DNA of 62,137 nt, counting the filler. It is 23 parts of 23 records of this genome, joined end to end, with 100 filler letters (N's around TTAATTAATTAA, not from the genome) between each part and the next. Parts side by side here need not be neighbours in the genome. Positions count along the whole stretch, not along the records: positions 4,667 to 11,036 come from SRR16133337_20222; positions 11,137 to 14,880 come from SRR16133337_20229; positions 14,981 to 17,001 come from SRR16133337_20321; positions 17,102 to 20,312 come from SRR16133337_20452; positions 20,413 to 22,969 come from SRR16133337_20480; 18 more parts are not named here. One strand, 5' to 3'. Positions 11,015 through 22,865 of the stretch are shown piece after piece; the first letter of the stretch is position 1, and each line of letters opens with the position of its first letter. The translations under genes and the position numbers were made by a program. Below the pieces are notes generated by a model. That model worked only from the letters and a program-made list of their open reading frames with translations, was not told the DNA's origin and did no database searches.

Positions 11015-11555
11015 GTAATCCTATCGTCTTTCTTTTNNNNNNNNNNNNNNNNNNNNNNNNNNNNNNNNNNNNNNNNNNNNTTAATTAATTAANNNNNNNN
11101 NNNNNNNNNNNNNNNNNNNNNNNNNNNNNNNNNNNNGAGGACTCTAAAAATTCGGGTTTCTAACCAGGTGGAGTATATAACCAAACTAAATGGCTAAACA
11201 GCCTCTATAAGTCCTTTCTTTTTGCTTACTTTGCATTTTAGAATTGAAAGCACCTTGCAAAGGTACTTTTTCTTATGGAAAATGCTTTCGTTTATTTTTT
11301 ATAAACCCATGTTAACAATTAATAAAAAAAGTTTCTTTACTTTTAACCTATCATTAAAACAAAAAATAGAAAACAATACTCCATCCAACTCTATTTTCGG
11401 AGAACTTAACTCTTTTATTTTTGTTTATACGCTACCCCTTAGAAGCCCTAAAATTTTAGACTTGCCCTTTTTACTAGAAGTAAAAAGGAATTGCCAAAAA
11501 TTTAGAAAGAGAGTTTGGAGAAAGTATATAAACACAACCCTCAAAATCAATTTAT

Positions 11556-13220
11556 ATGAAGAAAATTAATCTATTCCATGTTGCTATCATCGTATTTTCG
11601 ATTTTACTAGCAGCTTGCGACACCTCTTATTTCGATAAAGAAATCGAAGATTTCGAATGGGACGGAGGTTTTAACGGTCCTTTTGGTTATGTAGACTATA
11701 CCGTATCCGACTTATTTGAAGAACTGGGAGTTGAAGACATTAATGAAGATAAAAATGGGAATTTATTGTTTTCTTATGAAAAATCTATTTCAGGAGGAAA
11801 TGATGATGCCTATAATGTCCCTATTAAAGACATCACAATTAGCTCTTCCGTTGCAACTCCTATCTCGTTTATTCCTCCCATTGTTTCCCCATTTACAATC
11901 ATTGGAGCAAATAATCAACTGATTGGAGATGTTCCTATTACGAGTCAAAAAGTAGAGGACTTGGGATTGAGTCAAGAATTGACAGGAGCGGTATTTGATG
12001 GAGGTACCTTAACCATTACACTGACTTCTGACTTTGATTCAGAAATTGAGATTCTTTTAGAAATTCCATCACTTAGTGCCAAAGGAGGAACCGTCTCTTA
12101 TGCTAAGACAGTTACCCTAACGAAGAATAACAAGTCAGAAATTATTCCTTTAGATCTAAAGGACTACAATGCTAACTTTACACACAACGGTACTGCATTT
12201 GATACTACATTTAATAGTTTTGTCATAAATCTGAACGTGACTTTTAAATTTAAAGAAAACGACGTATTGCGTGATTCAGATGAAATTTTCTATGGTGCTG
12301 TCTTATCCAGTGCCACTACAGAAGTAGTCTATGGAGATTTTAAACAGGAACCTTTTGAGATAAACGATGAATCGATTGCTTTGGATTTCTTTGATGAATT
12401 TGGAACGGGGGTTTTAGAATTTGCAAACCCTTCCCTAACGTTATCTGTTTCTAATAGTTATGGTTTCCCTATCGGAATTGACTTGTCTACTATTGAGGCG
12501 GTAAAGGATGCTACTACAGAAACTTTAACCTATACAGGGTCTACAATTCCCAATATTTTAATAATCGATCCAGGAACTTACGACGAGATGAATGCAGTTG
12601 CGATTGCGGTAACGACTACGAAATCTGTTGATGTTTCCAATTCTAATTTAGCAGATTTATTAAAGATCAAACCCACTGAATTTAATTTGAATGTTTCTGG
12701 GAATGCGAATCCAATTAATGGGAATCCAAACCAAAATTTTTACGCAAAAAATAACCAGGGTTTGACGGTAGATTTAATCTTTGAGATTCCTATGGATATA
12801 AAATTTGAAAATATTGAATTGGAGGAAATGGTTGAATTGGAGGATGCTGAAGAGTTGGAAAATTTCGAAAAACTTATCCTTAAATTAAGTGCTTCTAATG
12901 GAATTCCTTTATCAGGAGACGTTGAATTGAAATTTTTAGAAAATGGGATTGCTTTAAGTGTTTCTAGAAATGTTAGGGCTTTTGAAGCCGCAGACGATTT
13001 TGATGGCAACGGAAAAATAAGAAGTCCAAAAATAACAATCTCTACTTTAGAATTTAGTGGAACGGATCTTCAAGAAATTGAAAAAGCAACGGATATTAAT
13101 TACATCATTACATTTAATACACCCACGGGTTTAAATTCTGTAAAATTATATTCCGACTACAAACTTAGAATCGATATGGGAGCAGAAGCGGAAATAGAAA
13201 TTACACCTGAAGATAACTAA
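11556..13220 (+). CDS. Large acidic lipoprotein of unknown function, probably surface-exposed
   Basis: MKK + hydrophobic stretch + LAAC lipobox followed by acidic residues; 554-aa, beta-rich-looking ORF. Confidence 0.85.
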   Translation: MKKINLFHVAIIVFSILLAACDTSYFDKEIEDFEWDGGFNGPFGYVDYTVSDLFEELGVEDINEDKNGNLLFSYEKSISGGNDDAYNVPIKDITISSSVATPISFIPPIVSPFTIIGANNQLIGDVPITSQKVEDLGLSQELTGAVFDGGTLTITLTSDFDSEIEILLEIPSLSAKGGTVSYAKTVTLTKNNKSEIIPLDLKDYNANFTHNGTAFDTTFNSFVINLNVTFKFKENDVLRDSDEIFYGAVLSSATTEVVYGDFKQEPFEINDESIALDFFDEFGTGVLEFANPSLTLSVSNSYGFPIGIDLSTIEAVKDATTETLTYTGSTIPNILIIDPGTYDEMNAVAIAVTTTKSVDVSNSNLADLLKIKPTEFNLNVSGNANPINGNPNQNFYAKNNQGLTVDLIFEIPMDIKFENIELEEMVELEDAEELENFEKLILKLSASNGIPLSGDVELKFLENGIALSVSRNVRAFEAADDFDGNGKIRSPKITISTLEFSGTDLQEIEKATDINYIITFNTPTGLNSVKLYSDYKLRIDMGAEAEIEITPEDN

Positions 13221-13232
13221 AAAAGAAACGTA

Positions 13233-14540
13233 ATGAACCAAAAAACATCCCTATACATCGTATTGCTTTTATCTTCTTTAGGGACGATGCATGCACAAGA
13301 CCACTTCTCTTTTTACAATTTAGGAGATTATGTAGCACAGACACAAAACATATCCCCCGTACACCTTCCCAAGAATTCCCTTACCGTAGGGACTCCTTTG
13401 AATATTGGGCTACATCTGGATACGGGTTTTAAAATCAATGAAATATTGGTGGAAGGGAGTACACCTGATAAATTAAAAATTGACTTTGATAGCTTCTTAA
13501 CGAAAGTAGATCCTGAAAATAATTTTATTGAAGATATAAATATTTCTCTATTTATGATCGCCATTAAAACGAAAAAAGGATCTATCTCTTTCTTTGCAAA
13601 TTCTAGACTGACAACCGATTGGCAATATTCTAAAGACTTTATAGAAGTCGCTGCTAATGGAATCATTTCTGATGTTAATTTGGGCTATGACCAAATAGCC
13701 ATATCGGCTTTTCACGAAATAGGGGTCGGTTATACTCATAAATTTTTAGAAGACAAATTAGCTATGGGGCTTCGAATTAAATATTTAAACGGAATTGCAC
13801 ATGCGTCTACTCTTGAGGATGCGACATTAAGTTTAGACATTAATCCTGATACTTCTGTATGGACAGTAAATGCTTCAAACGCTACGGTAAATACTTCTTC
13901 AATCGTACTTGAAAAAGGAGTGGAAAGATCTTATTTTACAGGGAACACTGGATTTGGTTTCGATTTGGGAGCCTCCTATGATTTTACTAAAAAATTAATT
14001 GTAGAAATCGCTTTGAATGATATCGGGTTTATTAGTTGGTCTGAAAATGTAAACAATCATAATATCGAAGGTCAAACAAATTCCGTTTACGAGGGTGTTG
14101 ACCTGACTGCAGATGGAGATCTTGAGGAAAAAATTAAAAAAGCTTGGAAAGATGTCATTGCTTCCAATGAAACTCAAAAAGGGTTTCGTACAAAACTAGC
14201 CATAAAATCCTATCTTTCTGCAAAATACCTATTGACAACTAAAAATACGTTTCGCTTCGTTTTATTCAACAACCATGCTTTTGGAAGTTTGAAACCAAAA
14301 TATTCTTTGGGATACAATAGAACACTCTCCAAAACTACCTTTGGAATTCTGGCAAGTTCTGGAGGGAATAGCAATGGTTTTAAATTTGGGGCTAACTTTG
14401 TCGTAAAATTAGGTCCTTTACAATTGTATACAGCGATGGATAATATTGGAGCTACTTTAGGAAAACTTGAAGAAATATCAGGAGCAAATCTCCATTTTGG
14501 ATTGAACTTTGTTTTTGGTTATCCTAAAAGAGCAAAATAA
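13233..14540 (+). CDS. Outer-membrane beta-barrel protein, DUF5723-like
   Basis: Signal peptide; GLRIKYLNG, GFGFDLGASY and LNDIGFISW motifs; amphipathic C-terminal strand FGLNFVFG; starts 12 nt after the lipoprotein gene. Confidence 0.75.
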   Translation: MNQKTSLYIVLLLSSLGTMHAQDHFSFYNLGDYVAQTQNISPVHLPKNSLTVGTPLNIGLHLDTGFKINEILVEGSTPDKLKIDFDSFLTKVDPENNFIEDINISLFMIAIKTKKGSISFFANSRLTTDWQYSKDFIEVAANGIISDVNLGYDQIAISAFHEIGVGYTHKFLEDKLAMGLRIKYLNGIAHASTLEDATLSLDINPDTSVWTVNASNATVNTSSIVLEKGVERSYFTGNTGFGFDLGASYDFTKKLIVEIALNDIGFISWSENVNNHNIEGQTNSVYEGVDLTADGDLEEKIKKAWKDVIASNETQKGFRTKLAIKSYLSAKYLLTTKNTFRFVLFNNHAFGSLKPKYSLGYNRTLSKTTFGILASSGGNSNGFKFGANFVVKLGPLQLYTAMDNIGATLGKLEEISGANLHFGLNFVFGYPKRAK

Positions 14541-14559
14541 TTGAAACCTTCAAAAAATT

Positions 14560-14594
14560 AAAAAAAGGACTGTTTTTTAAACAGTCCTTTTTTT
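14560..14594 (+). terminator. Intrinsic terminator, probably bidirectional
   Basis: AAAAAAAGGACTGTTT-TTT-AAACAGTCCTTTTTTT hairpin after the barrel gene. Confidence 0.85.
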
Positions 14595-14703
14595 GTATAC
14601 TCCGGGCGGAGTATAAATACAACTCTTTTCACCGACGAAAAATCAGAAAAAATGGAACCCCTATTTTCTTTATTTTTTTCTTGTTTTATAAAGTCTATAA
14701 ATT

Positions 14704-14711
14704 TATCTTTG
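14704..14711 (+). promoter_or_regulatory. Bacteroidota -7 box (TATCTTTG) upstream of tRNA-Thr
   Basis: TAnnTTTG with an upstream TTG at about 14681; about 50 nt before the tRNA. Confidence 0.65.
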
Positions 14712-14762
14712 CCCCGCCTTAGAGGAAGGTTTTCTTAAATTAAGGTTTCTTCTTTAAAACAA

Positions 14763-14836
14763 GCCGATGTAGCTCAGCTGGCTAGAGCAGCTGATTTGTA
14801 ATCAGCAGGTCGTGGGTTCGAGTCCCTCCATCGGCT
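14763..14836 (+). tRNA. tRNA-Thr(TGT)
   Basis: Cloverleaf: acceptor GCCGATG/CATCGGC, D-arm AGCTCAGCTGGCTAGAGC, anticodon stem GCTGA/TCAGC with loop TT-TGT-AA, T-loop GTTCGAGT; CCA not encoded. Confidence 0.96.
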
Positions 14837-14850
14837 CTTAAAAACATCCC

Positions 14851-14880
14851 AAACCTAGTAGGTTTAGAAAACCTACTAGG
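14851..14880. repeat. REP-like palindrome after the tRNA
   Basis: CCTAGTAGGTTT-AGA-AAACCTACTAGG, a perfect 12-bp inverted repeat at the contig end. Confidence 0.7.
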
Positions 14881-15545
14881 NNNNNNNNNNNNNNNNNNNN
14901 NNNNNNNNNNNNNNNNNNNNNNNNTTAATTAATTAANNNNNNNNNNNNNNNNNNNNNNNNNNNNNNNNNNNNNNNNNNNNAGAACGTATTCGGCACACAT
15001 TGATGCCAAACGTTTTCTCAAATTGACTTTCCACAACGAATAATGTCAACATTTTCAATTTTTATTGTGAACCAACGTGATACGAAAAACGAACACACAA
15101 TATGAAAATTTGTGCAATGAAAAATAGTTGTGCGAGTTTTGTAGAAGCTTGTAAATCGCATTCGTTGTAGAGAAACATATGACTTTTCTGTTTATTTTTA
15201 AAGTCGATTAATTGAAGTAAGGGTATGACCCACTCATCTCCCTTTATCCCTTCATTTTTGTACATCAATCACTGAGTAACTTGCCAAAATGAATGTTCAC
15301 TTGGAGTATCGAGTTTTTGGAACTCGAAATTAATGTTAAAATATGGGAGGTGAGCGGACCTGGCAGGTTCAGGGGGTGTAGGAGTGGGTGGGGTGTAGTG
15401 GGAGTGAAGGCATGGAATGGGGGCTCTTTATCGTGTACAAGAACTTTTAAAACCTTGTGGGATTGATATTGTTCCAAATGAATATCCACTTCCAACAATG
15501 ACATAATATAATCAAATGTGAGACTTCGTTATTTTTTTTATGTAG

Positions 15546-16762
15546 CGAAACAGCTTGAAAGATGCTTCAGAATTTTACGTACTGGTTTTGGAGGAATTTC
15601 AGTTGCGTGTGATACAATAGAACAGGTAAGTCTTAATTTTTGTTTTTCGAAGAAGTAAAAACGAGTTCCCCAAAATTTTGAATGGGGTTCCGAGATTTTT
15701 GCACAACGTCATGAAAGTCTCGTAGAATTCTCAAGAAGTTTTAGCTATTACTCGCATCCAAATCGCGTCATTTGATATTTGTTTCACCAAGTATATTTTC
15801 GGTCACAATTCCGGTTTTCATACTTGAAAAGTGCGAAAACATGTCGGAACTTTGGAATGACTCAAACAGTTAAATTCACCGAATTCTCACAAGACATTTC
15901 ATATCACCTAGAACATGTCAATGAGTAAATACTCTCCACACGCGCCATGCTACCCACCCCCTTCCTTCACAACCCTCATCCCACACCTACCCTCTACACC
16001 CACACACTTCGAACATTGTAAGTGTTCGGTTTTGAATGCTTTTCAAATAAAGCTGTTTTCATATAATTTGAATTTCATTTTCATTCCAGGCAAATAGTTT
16101 TCGAAAATTGGTGAATATTGGTCGGAGTTTTCGACTTGTGCACAATTGAAACATCATTTTTTGATCCACAAATTTAAATTGTCAAAAGTTCCTGAATTTT
16201 TGCAGAAAAAAGTGAAACAGTATTTTTTACATCGACTTTTTTTTTCATTTGTGCAAATTCAAAATTTTTTTTTCACATTATCCAAAGTGGTTTTTTTCGC
16301 GAAATATCCACCCGACACCCCCACTCCCACACACGTCCATTCATTTTTGAAAATAAATCCCTTTGAAGTGAAAATGGGTAGGGGTGAGTGTGGAAAGAAT
16401 AAATAATGATAATCTTTTGAACATTCGTTTTTGCTGTTTATGTTTAGAGTGTTGTAACAGCTGAAAATCTCGAAGATTGTTCACTTTCAAAAGTTTTACC
16501 GGTTTTATTCACCGAATATGATCGCGATGCAATGCGCGCATCATTAATTGGTGAAAGTGAAGATTATGTAAATGCACTTCATAATCTCATACGACGAACG
16601 GGCCTTTTAATGGCATATATAATCGCTGCATTTCTTGCACTTGAAGTTTTTGTGATGCTTTTTGGATATCTTTTCATAAAATGGGAAGCTCTTAGGATAA
16701 ATCGAATGGTGCGATATAAATTACCAATTGACCACATGCAATTTACTGTTTTTGGAAAAATG
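15546..16762 (+). CDS. Eukaryotic membrane protein of unknown function, partial; exons about 15546-15625 and 16449-16762
   Basis: AG/GT-bounded open exons (KQLERCFRILRTGFGG...; SVVTAENLEDC...LLMAYIIAAFLALEVFVMLFGYLF TM segment). Confidence 0.5.
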
Positions 16763-17102
16763 GTACGTATTTCTTCATTGTAATTGATTTAACTTTGATA
16801 TTTCTTCTTAACATATCAAAAACATTTTTTTCTTCCTATTTCGAACTTGTGATGGAGAATACAAACATTTTTTGTTTGTACACACTTTTTCTGAGCTTGT
16901 CATGCGACAAACTTCGCATGATGAATCAATGAATTTGCATGCTTCAAGCACGTGAAAATTTTCGTATTTGCAAAATGGAAAAAATTATTTGGGGATTCAA
17001 GNNNNNNNNNNNNNNNNNNNNNNNNNNNNNNNNNNNNNNNNNNNNTTAATTAATTAANNNNNNNNNNNNNNNNNNNNNNNNNNNNNNNNNNNNNNNNNNN
17101 NG

Positions 17103-18356
<1,254 letters not shown>

Positions 18357-18360
18357 TTAA

Positions 18361-20310
18361 TTATATAATAAAATTAAATAAATAATTATAAATTAATAAG
18401 TAAACGCTAATAAATAATGTTAAAATTTCTAATTTTGAAAATAATATTAATTGAGAAGGCTTAAGAATTTGTAATTGTCATATATATTTATATATTTTAT
18501 AATTTACAATATTAAATGAATGATTTTCAATTAGTATAATAGAAAAAAGGCGAAAGTAGCTTAAAGTAATAATTGTACTAAAATATAATATTATAAGAGT
18601 GTCAAAGTATAACTTATTTATTATTAATAAATAAATTAAATTTAACTTAATATAAAAAAAACTAAACGGGGGGAAACCTGATAAGTTTAATAAAATAAAA
18701 CCAAGGCTAAGTAATATTTTTTTAGAATATAAATTTATTCAATATATTTCTTTAATAAAATTAAAATTAATTATAAATTTTTTTTGTTTAAATTGTTTAA
18801 TAACCTTATTTAAAAAGATATTAATAAAATTTGAACTTAACACTAATGTAATAAAAAAACAAAAAGTTAATAGTATGTAAATAATAAAGTAGCTATAAAT
18901 TAAATATATAATATTTGCTGAAGGGCTTAGTATATAAAGTTTGAGTAATAGAAGTAAAAATCCCATATGTGTGATTGATGTGGCGCCAAAGAACCTATGT
19001 AAGTTTGTTTGAGTTAAAGCTAGGAAACTACCAAAAAATAAAGATAAAAAACTTGTATAGCTTATAATATGTATAATTCAATTTATTATATATATATTAA
19101 AAATTGTCAATATACTAAATATTTTTAATAAAAATATATATAAATTAAATTTATTTAATGTTAAAATTAAAATAATTAATAAACGAGGAAATCCTTCAAA
19201 AATATCTAAAATTCAAATATAAAATGGAAATACTCCCAGTTTAAAAAAAAAACTTAATAATAACATTAGCAACCCTAGTAAAATAAATATAGAATTTAAA
19301 TTGTAATTTAGATTATATAATAAAATTAAATATAATTCATAATAATTTAATGTTGCGGCAAAACTATATAAATATAATAAACTAAATAAAAAAATAATAG
19401 AAGATAAAAAACTATAAAAAAAATATTTTAAATTACTTGAAACTACTATAAAAATAGTACGCAGCTGCCCCGAAATAATTAAAATAATAAATGTTTGTAT
19501 TTCGAATCCTAAATAAACAATAAATAAATTATTAGTAGAAATTACAAATATATAACTTAAATATAAGAACCCTAGTAATATAGGATACTCGTAATTAAAT
19601 AACGGTGTTACATTAGCTATAGTTAGTTTATAAGTTATTTTATAATGTCAATAAATAAAAATATAATATAAAATTATAAACGTTAATAGAATTAATTTAG
19701 TATAATAAATAAAAAATGTTTGGCTAAATAAAAAATAATTATAATTTGTAGTATTATAACATATAATATTTTCTATAAATTGTTGATTTCATTGGAATGT
19801 AGGTAATAAATTAAAATAAAAATTTCATTTTAATATAGATATATTAAATATGATATAAATTATATTTAAACAACAAAATAATTTTAATATATAAAAATAA
19901 AGTAATAATACTTTAATAAAAAATAAAAATATAGTATAAAAATACAAAATATTAAGTAATAAATAATATAAAATAGAGTATATAGCATAATATTTAAAAA
20001 AAAAATTAATTTGTATTAAAAAAAAATGTAAAATGTTAGATTGATAATATAAAAAAAATTTGTAATAATTAAAATAAATATTATAAAAAAATAATTGAGA
20101 TCAGCTAATTTGTTGTATATAATAAATAAAATAAAATTTTAATAAATAAATTAAAAAAAAAAATTCAATAAAATAAAAAATAAGTTTAATAGTATTATTT
20201 ACTAACTGTGCTACTTTTATATAATAAAAATTTGTTGTAACTGAAATACTAGTACGTTGTATTAATAAAATTAATAATAAACAAAAAAAAAAAAGTTCAA
20301 AAGTTAAAGA
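18361..20310 (-). CDS. nad2: Mitochondrial NADH dehydrogenase subunit 2, 5'-partial, code 4, at least 649 aa
   Basis: Hand translation is open from the contig end to TAA at 18361-18363 with TGA=Trp; motifs YEYPIL, STNNLFIVYLGFEIQT, NLKYFF, FKLGVFPFYIWILDIFEG, QTNLHRFFGATSITHMG, LSGFPPFSFFYIK. Confidence 0.92.
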
Positions 20311-20412
20311 ATNNNNNNNNNNNNNNNNNNNNNNNNNNNNNNNNNNNNNNNNNNNNTTAATTAATTAANNNNNNNNNNNNNNNNNNNNNNNNNNNNNNNN
20401 NNNNNNNNNNNN

Positions 20413-20633
20413 AGTGAAACAGTGAAACAGTGAAACAGTGAAGCCGTGAGACAGTGAAACCGTGAGATGGTAAAGCCGTGAAACCGTGAGACAGTAAAAC
20501 CGTGAAGCGGTGAAATAGAATAGCAACGAAATAAAATGCCGTGAAACCGTGAGATGATGAGGTAGTGAAAAGATAAACTATGAGGTGTAATCTATAACCA
20601 TATTACGGTATCACCGTATCACGGCTTCACCAC
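20413..20633. repeat. Degenerate octamer array (AGTGAAAC/CGTGAGAC/CGTGAAGC) at about 20413-20570, with an inverted array at 20604-20633
   Basis: About 13 consecutive 8-mers at the contig start; 20604-20633 reads GTGGTGAAGCCGTGATACGGTGATACCGTA on the minus strand. Confidence 0.85.
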
Positions 20634-20677
20634 ACTACCCATATAACAAATAAACAATTTAATAAGTACCTTTAAAA

Positions 20678-21370
20678 ATGAATACAGATTTATCATTAGA
20701 ACAGGAAAAAGAAGTCATACAAGCAGCATTTATCTCTAAAGTCTATGGATGGATGAGTGGTGCCTTGTTAATCACAGCAGCAGTTGCGATGTGGGCAGTT
20801 TCCACACCCGCGGTTATGGAATTTATTTTTGGAAGTAAATTAACTTTTTATGCACTGATTGCGGCTGAATTTGGAGCAGTAATTTACATTTCAGCACGGA
20901 TTGATAAAATGACCGCAGAAAGAGCTGGTGTATTATTTTTAGTATATGCGATCTTAAACGGGCTAACATTATCGATGGTATTTTTAGTGTATACAAGTGG
21001 ATCCATCGCCTCTACGTTTTTAATCACCGCCATTACTTTTGGGGTGATGAGTGCCTATGGTTATATGACTAAAAAAGACTTGACATCTATTGGTAAGTTG
21101 GCAATGATGGCTTTGATCGGATTGATTATAGCCACGGTTGTCAATATTTTTATGCAAAGTGAAGTTTTGTATTGGGTAGCCAATTACGCAGGGGTACTCA
21201 TTTTTGTAGCTTTAACGGCATATGATACACAAAAAATAAAACGAATGGCAGCCTTTGACGATTCTACAGAGGTTTCAAAAAAGAAATCGATTCTAGGAGC
21301 TTTGACTTTATATTTGGATTTTATCAATATGTTTTTATTTTTGCTTCGTATTTTTGGAAACAGAAGATAA
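20678..21370 (+). CDS. Bax inhibitor-1/YccA family membrane protein
   Basis: FISKVYGWM, TKKDLTSIG, LTAYDTQKIK, GALTLYLDFINMFLFLLRIFG; about 7 TM helices. Confidence 0.95.
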   Translation: MNTDLSLEQEKEVIQAAFISKVYGWMSGALLITAAVAMWAVSTPAVMEFIFGSKLTFYALIAAEFGAVIYISARIDKMTAERAGVLFLVYAILNGLTLSMVFLVYTSGSIASTFLITAITFGVMSAYGYMTKKDLTSIGKLAMMALIGLIIATVVNIFMQSEVLYWVANYAGVLIFVALTAYDTQKIKRMAAFDDSTEVSKKKSILGALTLYLDFINMFLFLLRIFGNRR

Positions 21371-21431
21371 GTAAAAATATAAATGATCCTATAGAAACAT
21401 AGCATGTTATGTCTGCACTAAAAATAAAAGT

Positions 21432-22223
21432 TTGAAAATAAAAAACCATAAGCCAACCTATTTTTTTATTGTATTCTTTTTATGTACAACCTTTGTAGGA
21501 TTTGCACAAGAAGGTATTCTAGAGTTGCCTAAAAAACAAACCAGTTTGTACGATACGGCAAATTTGCTAAATGCGTCACAAAAACAAAGCCTAGAACAAA
21601 AATTGATTCATTATAGTGATAGCACTTCTACACAGCTAGTTGTTGTTACTATTGCCTCCATAGGTTCAAATGACATTGCGATGTATGCTGCTGAGCTTGG
21701 ACAGAAATGGGGAATTGGTCAAAAGGGAAAAGACAATGGAATCTTGATTTTAGTCGCTAAAAAAGAACGTAAAATTAATATTACCACAGGTTATGGCGTC
21801 GAACATCTATTAACGGATGCTTTGTCGAGACGGATTATAGAAACCGTTATCAAACCTCCATTCAAGTTGGGCAATTTTTATGCAGGTTTGGATCAAGGTA
21901 CTACAGCGATTATAAAGGTGATGAATGGCGAGTATCAAGCAAGTCCACAAAAAGAAGGAAAAAATACGCCTAAAATTAAAGGAATTTTTATCCTAATTGT
22001 TTTGATATTATTCCTTGTTTTAGCCAATAGAAACAAAGGAGGTAAAGGGGGAGGAAAACGCAATATGGCTTCGGGTATTTTTACCGCCATTCTGTTAAGT
22101 AATATGGGAAGAAGTAGTGGATTTGGTGGGAGTAGCGGATTTGGAGGAGGTAGTTCTGGTGGTTTTGGCGGTGGCTTTGGTGGTGGTAGTTTCGGTGGAG
22201 GTGGTGCTAGTGGAAGTTGGTAG
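21432..22223 (+). CDS. TPM-domain membrane protein (YgcG-like)
   Basis: DTANLL, QLVVVTI, WGIGQKGKDNGILILVA, GYGVE; TM helix followed by a Gly-rich tail ending GGGGASGSW. Confidence 0.93.
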   Translation: MKIKNHKPTYFFIVFFLCTTFVGFAQEGILELPKKQTSLYDTANLLNASQKQSLEQKLIHYSDSTSTQLVVVTIASIGSNDIAMYAAELGQKWGIGQKGKDNGILILVAKKERKINITTGYGVEHLLTDALSRRIIETVIKPPFKLGNFYAGLDQGTTAIIKVMNGEYQASPQKEGKNTPKIKGIFILIVLILFLVLANRNKGGKGGGKRNMASGIFTAILLSNMGRSSGFGGSSGFGGGSSGGFGGGFGGGSFGGGGASGSW

Positions 22224-22299
22224 TTGGGTGCAGAACAAACCAAAATACAGCGGATTTTTGCTTTTCTGCAAAAAGCTGAATTTTAGTTTGTGGAGCGTT

Positions 22300-22830
22300 T
22301 TATTCTTTCTCTTTTTTGTAACCTATTTTAGTTCTTGGAGTTGAATTTTCTTTTTTATCTCTAAGTTTATCTAAATAGCTAAAAACCAATTTTATGTTTT
22401 CACTGTGATCCAATAGTTTCTTTTTAATACCTTCTATTTCAAGTTCTAAACTTAAATTATGGGTTAACATTTCTCGCATTTTAGTATATGCTCTCATTAT
22501 TTGGATGTTCACCATAATTGCTCTATCGCTATGTAAAATTCCTGATAACATCGCAACTCCTTGTTCCGTAAAAGCCTTAGGCATTTTACGAACTCCTCCC
22601 CAATTTGAAGTTGTAAATTGCGATTTCAAATTTTCGAACTCTTCTTTGGTTAATTCAAACATAAAATCTTTGGGAAAACGTTTAATATTTCTACCAACTG
22701 CTTTATTTAAATTACCTGTTGTTACATCATAAAGCTTTGCTAAATCTTTATCTAACATTACCTTTTGATTTCTAATAATATAAATTTTACTAATTACAGC
22801 TTCTTCTGTTATCGTTATTTCTTTACTCAT
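22300..22830 (-). CDS. ORF6N-domain DNA-binding protein
   Basis: IYIIRNQKVMLDKDLAKLYDV, LNKAVGRNIKRFPKDFMFELT, AFTEQGVAMLSGILHS, and C-terminal RTKIGY. Confidence 0.93.
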   Translation of the reverse strand: MSKEITITEEAVISKIYIIRNQKVMLDKDLAKLYDVTTGNLNKAVGRNIKRFPKDFMFELTKEEFENLKSQFTTSNWGGVRKMPKAFTEQGVAMLSGILHSDRAIMVNIQIMRAYTKMREMLTHNLSLELEIEGIKKKLLDHSENIKLVFSYLDKLRDKKENSTPRTKIGYKKEKE

Positions 22831-22865
22831 AGTTTGTACTTATTTCAGTGGTAAAATTACTGTTT

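Noticed and set aside
18357-18738. Possible fragmented LSU rRNA or RNase P RNA after cox1 (GGCGAAAG, GGGGGG..CCAAGGCTAA)
   Set aside because: The region is the nad2 C-terminus on the minus strand (LSGFPPF, YFRLF) once TGA is read as Trp
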